A stretch of 64,000 nt of DNA. Source: Candidatus Bathyarchaeota archaeon (lineage in GTDB: Archaea > Thermoproteota > Bathyarchaeia > 40CM-2-53-6 > RBG-13-38-9). The stretch is from positions 416,001-480,000 of the forward strand of contig CAWECG010000001.1 of the NCBI GenBank assembly GCA_963807605.1, given 5' to 3'. The position numbers and the translations under genes are program-made. Shown piece after piece: positions 59,508 through 64,000 of the stretch; position 1 is the stretch's first letter; each line of letters starts with the position of its first letter. Below the pieces are notes generated by a model. The model saw nothing but the letters and a program-made list of their open reading frames with translations, was not told the DNA's origin and did no database searches.

Positions 59508-62249
59508 CTTTATTAGCTTGCTCACGGTCACTACCACTATCTTGCTTGTCATAGCCGCGTATTCTGCCGTTCCGGTCCACGATGCTCGCACATAATAGAC
59601 ACCTGCAGCCTCGGGAAGCCATTGAGGCGTGAAGACACCTTCTGCGGGCTGCCCAACTATCGTTGGAACCCAAGTCTTATTGTCCTTGCTCGTCTCAACG
59701 GTCACCTGCCCCTCTGAGAGCGGCGGAGATATCCTTACATCAACGCTCACATTCTTGCCGAAACCGACTATTGTTGGCGCCACAATCAACTTCACCTCTG
59801 GCATTCCCTTAGTGACGTTTAGTGCCTGGTAGGGGCTTGTTGCTGACGCATATTTGTCAGGAAGACCATCCCACCGAGCCCTGACCAAGTATCCGCCAAT
59901 AGATGGCGCCCAGACGTAACTGTAAGTTCCGTTCCCAGCCGTCTGGACGTCTTTTATGGAGAGCCAAGTACGGCCTTGATCCTCGGAGGATTGAAGATGC
60001 ACCGTTCGGTTGCCTAAAGGCCTTGACTCCTGATCGACGAGATTTCCTGAAAGCTGCTCCTTCTCAGGAAAGCTCACATTCATGCTTGCCAAGTTCAAGG
60101 TCATGTTGGTCCTTGTCAAGTATTTTACGTCATAGACTAGCACGAACCTATTTGATGAAATGAAGACAGGTCTGAAGAATTCATTCCCTTGAACCGGGGA
60201 GTAAGCGCCGGCCATCAACAGTCCGAGCAGTGTTGAGTTTGAGACTCCAACGTTATTGACTATGGTCTTGTTTGAGACAATCTTGTCAGCCACAGTTAGT
60301 ATACGGTCGTATCGTGTGTAGGCTGCCTGTCCTTCACCGACCCTCCTCGCGTAGTAGTATACAGTCTCGCCATCGAGTGTAGAGCCGTTGCTTATCCTAG
60401 CCATCCAATACCATTTGCTATCTTCACCAAAGCCGTAGAAGTGGACAGTATTGTTGCTGTTATACCAGGTTACTAGCAAAGTGATGTCGCTCACATTGTA
60501 TCTCTTCAGTATGGGCAGGGCTGTATCCAGATCAGAAAGAAAAGCGCGGCCAGTAACCGATATTTGGGTTGTGTTCATCGTTCCGTTATCTGTAAGAGTC
60601 TTCTTACCGCCAACGGTTGTTATCCAGTAGCCATAGTCCCACCAGGCAAGGACGACAGCATTGTTTGGGAGATTATCCTTCATCCACGTTAAAGCTTCAA
60701 GCCAGTCTCCAGGCGGGTTACTCACGACGGGAAGACTCGAAGTGACTATAGTGGCTGGAACATAAGCTGACTGGACGGCGCCAATAAATGTTGGTGTGAT
60801 TATCAAGAGCAGAACAAACATTATGGCAACACCGAATTCCTTGCCGACCTTTGTTGTGAAGCGGGTCTTTCTCTTTGGGAATATTACTTGTTCTCTTATG
60901 ATGTCCATAGCGGGTGTAGCAATCTGAGTGACCGCAATCGCTGCTAGAAGCGCAATAGCAGGCGCCATTATCGTCGAAGTTCTTACAAGGGACGCTCCAA
61001 AATATATGGTGGTGAGCCCAAAGACAATTATGAATATGTCACTGTTCCTGTGACGTTGAATAGCGAAGTAGAACCCGAATAGTGCAAGCAGAGGATATAT
61101 GCCAAGCTCGTGGTATATGCTGGCCCATGTGGCCATACGATTTTCTGCGACAGACTCTACTATCGGCATGTCAACTCTGTTTGAAGGATAAAGGACTGTC
61201 CAAAACTTGCCACCCAGTTCACTTATCAAGTGATGTTGTTGAAGGATAAAGGCTCCAACTATTAGAAGCAGAAGAACAGCTAAAATCCCTGACAGTCTAG
61301 TCCTATTGTTCTTGACTCTTTGGAAGAATTCGTATCCACAGAGTATTACAAATACCCCCGGGATAGCGTAGGTTGTCCATTCGCTTAGTGCTTGATAGCC
61401 TAGGTTTGGAAGCTGCACCATCACTAAGAAAGCAGAGCCGTAAGTGATTCCATAGGTCCAAAGGAGACGGCCATAGTATCTACCGAAAAGAGCAAGAACG
61501 AATACGAAAAGTGGTATAAGCGACAGTGCATACCGATAGGCCCCCCATCCTGCGCCGAGATAAGCCAAAGAGAGTCCCGACAGAAGTGAGCAGATTATGC
61601 CTGACCTTAAGGAACGTTCAGGAGAGATAGCCTTCAAATAGAAGTAAAATGCAAGAATAACCGTAAACACTCCTATTGTGTCATCCCCAAAGAAGCCTGC
61701 ACTCGTACGAAAGATATGCGCTGAATTGAAAGCTAGAAAGAGTGCCGAGAATATTCCGACACCGCGCCCCCACATGTCTCTTGAAAAAAGATAAAGGGCA
61801 ACGCATGCAGCTGTACCAAGGATTACTGGGAAGATTACGCAAAGGTCTAGTAAAGTGATCTGAATACCCACCGATTGTAGGAAAAGGTACAGCAACGCTG
61901 CCGTCATGGCCACCCCTGGATAGGCCTGTGTGATGAAGGGGCGGCCCCAAGGGTACCAGCTCATAGTATCGTGCCAACTGAAGTATGAGGTGAATCCATT
62001 GTTCACCATATACTCTGCTTGACGATAATTCACGTAAGGATCAAATTCTGTCAGGTAAAATCCCCATCTCAATGGAAGAATACGAATAAGAGCTGCCAGA
62101 CCAGCTATAACGGCAACACACAGAAAGTTCAGGTATGAAGCTCTTGGGATACTGCCGAGTGAGAGTCTAATATCACTAGCCCTGCGAGGAACCCATTCTT
62201 TCACAAAGGTTCTCACAGAACCTAGGAGCCCGGCTTTATAGTTGGTCAA
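59505..62249 (-). CDS. aglB: Oligosaccharyltransferase with C-terminal Ig-like extension
   Basis: EFDPY, ESVAE, WWDYG, DNGT, DSKWYWM; multi-TM N-half; about 200 aa beta-rich tail. Confidence 0.95.
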   Translation of the reverse strand: MTNYKAGLLGSVRTFVKEWVPRRASDIRLSLGSIPRASYLNFLCVAVIAGLAALIRILPLRWGFYLTEFDPYVNYRQAEYMVNNGFTSYFSWHDTMSWYPWGRPFITQAYPGVAMTAALLYLFLQSVGIQITLLDLCVIFPVILGTAACVALYLFSRDMWGRGVGIFSALFLAFNSAHIFRTSAGFFGDDTIGVFTVILAFYFYLKAISPERSLRSGIICSLLSGLSLAYLGAGWGAYRYALSLIPLFVFVLALFGRYYGRLLWTYGITYGSAFLVMVQLPNLGYQALSEWTTYAIPGVFVILCGYEFFQRVKNNRTRLSGILAVLLLLIVGAFILQQHHLISELGGKFWTVLYPSNRVDMPIVESVAENRMATWASIYHELGIYPLLALFGFYFAIQRHRNSDIFIIVFGLTTIYFGASLVRTSTIMAPAIALLAAIAVTQIATPAMDIIREQVIFPKRKTRFTTKVGKEFGVAIMFVLLLIITPTFIGAVQSAYVPATIVTSSLPVVSNPPGDWLEALTWMKDNLPNNAVVLAWWDYGYWITTVGGKKTLTDNGTMNTTQISVTGRAFLSDLDTALPILKRYNVSDITLLVTWYNSNNTVHFYGFGEDSKWYWMARISNGSTLDGETVYYYARRVGEGQAAYTRYDRILTVADKIVSNKTIVNNVGVSNSTLLGLLMAGAYSPVQGNEFFRPVFISSNRFVLVYDVKYLTRTNMTLNLASMNVSFPEKEQLSGNLVDQESRPLGNRTVHLQSSEDQGRTWLSIKDVQTAGNGTYSYVWAPSIGGYLVRARWDGLPDKYASATSPYQALNVTKGMPEVKLIVAPTIVGFGKNVSVDVRISPPLSEGQVTVETSKDNKTWVPTIVGQPAEGVFTPQWLPEAAGVYYVRASWTGTAEYAAMTSKIVVVTVSKLIK

Positions 62250-62734
62250 CAGGTATTCCTCAAATATGCATGTGCGTCGGTATTGTCAACTCGCAGCGTA
62301 TTCTTCACGAGGAGTGGCATCGGAACTTAAATCTATCGCTAGGCGCCGGTCTATTAGTCATTGTATATTCAGTGTATGGAGCTCGCGATTAGATCTCCTA
62401 ATAGATTTTGATTACCATCTCGGATCAAATCTCGCATATGAAAAATATCTTTCCGATAGGCGTCAGTACTGCAACCTTTAGTCATATGCACGCGTAGCCC
62501 TTCATGACTGCTCTGGAGCTTGCCACATACAGACACGCATTCTCCTCAACAGAAGTCACCGAGACCTTATCCAATAGAGGCGTAGGCTGTCACCATAAGT
62601 CTGAAGTGAATGAAACCATATTCCAAGGTCTATTGATACACTGGATAATCTATGCGATTCCTCTTCCCTACAGCGGCAAGACAGACAAGTTTCAGAACTC
62701 TTGACCAATGCAAGTGCGGGCGCGCGCTTAGTGC

Positions 62735-62755
62735 GGTGGGCCTGACGGGATTCGA
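62735..62755 (-). other. tRNA(Ile/Val/Ala)-like 3'-end fragment
   Basis: Minus strand reads TCGAAT CCCGT CAGGCCC A CC. Confidence 0.55.
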
Positions 62756-63049
62756 TGTGTTTTCGGTGCTGGATTTGGGCTCAAAATTAGCTCGGGTTCG
62801 GACCTCGGATGGTTCGCACCAGCGATCTTTTGGACCCGAGATTATCTCTGTGGACAACTCTTGATGGGGTCGTTGGGCCATCTGGCTCGAATCCGCCTGA
62901 CTGCAATGATAATTAGGTGAATCCGAGAGAAATCCAAGCCTGACGTGCATGTAAGAAAAAGGTCTTTCGAGCGCCGTTCACACTTTGAGGGCAGAACTAC
63001 GGAAAGTGAGATTAAGAAGCCGAACACTATTGCGGACGGTGAGTATTGG

Positions 63050-64000
63050 ATGCAAAAGGAGATGGACATTGGAATCCCAGACTCTCGATATGCCTATGTC
63101 CCTGGTGTCAAGACTGAGAAGGTAACCAGAGAATCATGGTTGAAGGCGGCCTTTCCAGAGTGGGGAACCTATCTTAACAAACAGATTGAAAAGACCGTCG
63201 TGAAACCCAAGACCTTTGTCATGTGGTGGTTCGGCGCCTGCGGCTACTTCGTCAAAACACCTAAGTCCAGCATAATAATTGACCAGTATAGCGGGCCCTC
63301 ACTCTACACAACTTTGGAGGATGGATGTGGCGTCTGCAGACAGTCAGGAGCGGAAAGAATAGACTGGTTGCGGCTTAACCCACACGTCATCGATCCATTC
63401 GCCATAAGAGAATGCGATGCCGTCCTCTCAACTCATTTTCATCCCGACCACTGCGACCCCTACACAATCACGCCTTTGGCTGAGAATACCAAGGCAAAAT
63501 TTATTGGTCCAAAGGTCTGCTGCGACAAATTCCGCGACTTCGGTGTTCCAGAAGAAAGAATCATTCAGGTAAAGTGGAACGAGACGGTCAGGATAAATGA
63601 CACAGAGATAGTTGCAACAGAGACCGCTGACAAAACTCTACTCTTCAGCGGAAAAGTCCTTCCGAAGACAATGGAGGAGGGTTCTGTCTGTTACCTGATA
63701 AAGACTCCGGGCGGAAGCATATTCCATAATGGTGACTCACATTACTCGAATCTCTTCTACAAGATTGGTTTAGAACATAACGTTGACGTAGCATGCCTTG
63801 ATTTTGGAGGAAATCCCCCTGGAGTTACAGACAAAATGACTTCCTTTGACTGTTTCAGAGTTGCTGAAGCGCTGAGGGCCAAGGTATTGATTCCTATGCA
63901 CTACGATAACTGGGCAAATATGCAGGGGGATCCAGCTGAGGTGGAATGGATTGTGAAGAACAATGCGCCCTGGATGAAGACTGTTATTCTGCAGTGGGGC
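63050..64000 (+). CDS. ulaG: UlaG-like metallo-beta-lactamase-fold lactonase, partial
   Basis: VTRESWL..FPEWGTYLN, MWWFG, PHVIDPF, THFHPDH, HNGDSHYS, IPMHYD; open to the window edge; absent from the ORF track. Confidence 0.85.
   Translation, partial: MQKEMDIGIPDSRYAYVPGVKTEKVTRESWLKAAFPEWGTYLNKQIEKTVVKPKTFVMWWFGACGYFVKTPKSSIIIDQYSGPSLYTTLEDGCGVCRQSGAERIDWLRLNPHVIDPFAIRECDAVLSTHFHPDHCDPYTITPLAENTKAKFIGPKVCCDKFRDFGVPEERIIQVKWNETVRINDTEIVATETADKTLLFSGKVLPKTMEEGSVCYLIKTPGGSIFHNGDSHYSNLFYKIGLEHNVDVACLDFGGNPPGVTDKMTSFDCFRVAEALRAKVLIPMHYDNWANMQGDPAEVEWIVKNNAPWMKTVILQWG

Noticed and set aside
12499-61977. Numerous antisense or overlapping ORFs in the track (e.g. 17194-17643, 27641-28219, 50926-51429)
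   Set aside because: Shadows of well-supported genes on the opposite strand or in another frame.
62480-62700. VCGKLQSSHEGLRVHM C2H2-like string on the minus strand
   Set aside because: Embedded among stop codons and too short to call.
45689-62755. Complete or split tRNA genes
   Set aside because: Only ~21-nt 3' ends; no D or anticodon arm and no trans-splicing leader evident.

Overview
Archaeal chromosomal segment (TBP, AglB, archaeal ACD-alpha, DUF5752 and DUF3227/NitrOD1-like proteins); the gene repertoire looks most like Bathyarchaeia, which is an inference. Layout: (i) 1-23.9 kb, a patchwork of mostly unlinked genes (HemK, SSB-like, TBP, G1 glutamic peptidase, VOC, multi-PAS kinase plus receiver, radical SAM, ilvD, SIMPL, Fe-S protein, pseudogenes) interspersed with a palindromic (CA)n repeat family whose core mimics a tRNA 3' end; (ii) 24.0-45.0 kb, a ~21 kb glycogen/upper-glycolysis/acetate cluster (pfkA, YHS-fused glucan phosphorylase, acdA, class II fba, PGM, debranching enzyme, DUF5752, NDP-sugar synthase, GH57, two GT4, GalT-like) with an embedded two-component system whose receiver is fused to a GT4 glycogen-synthase-like enzyme; (iii) 45.8-64 kb, a desulforedoxin-like miniprotein, peroxiredoxin, Lrp-RAM plus kdpABC, two UbiA-family prenyltransferases, thiC preceded by a TPP riboswitch, a P2-like ATPase with a flippase-like PINI M4 motif, aglB flanked by tRNA-3'-end fragments, and a partial ulaG-like gene. 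Several genes appear to start at near-cognate codons (CTG/ATA/ATC) and several signalling genes carry single-base frameshifts that may be real or consensus errors. No complete tRNA, rRNA, CRISPR array, transposase or integrase was seen. All family assignments are by eye from motifs; no searches were run.
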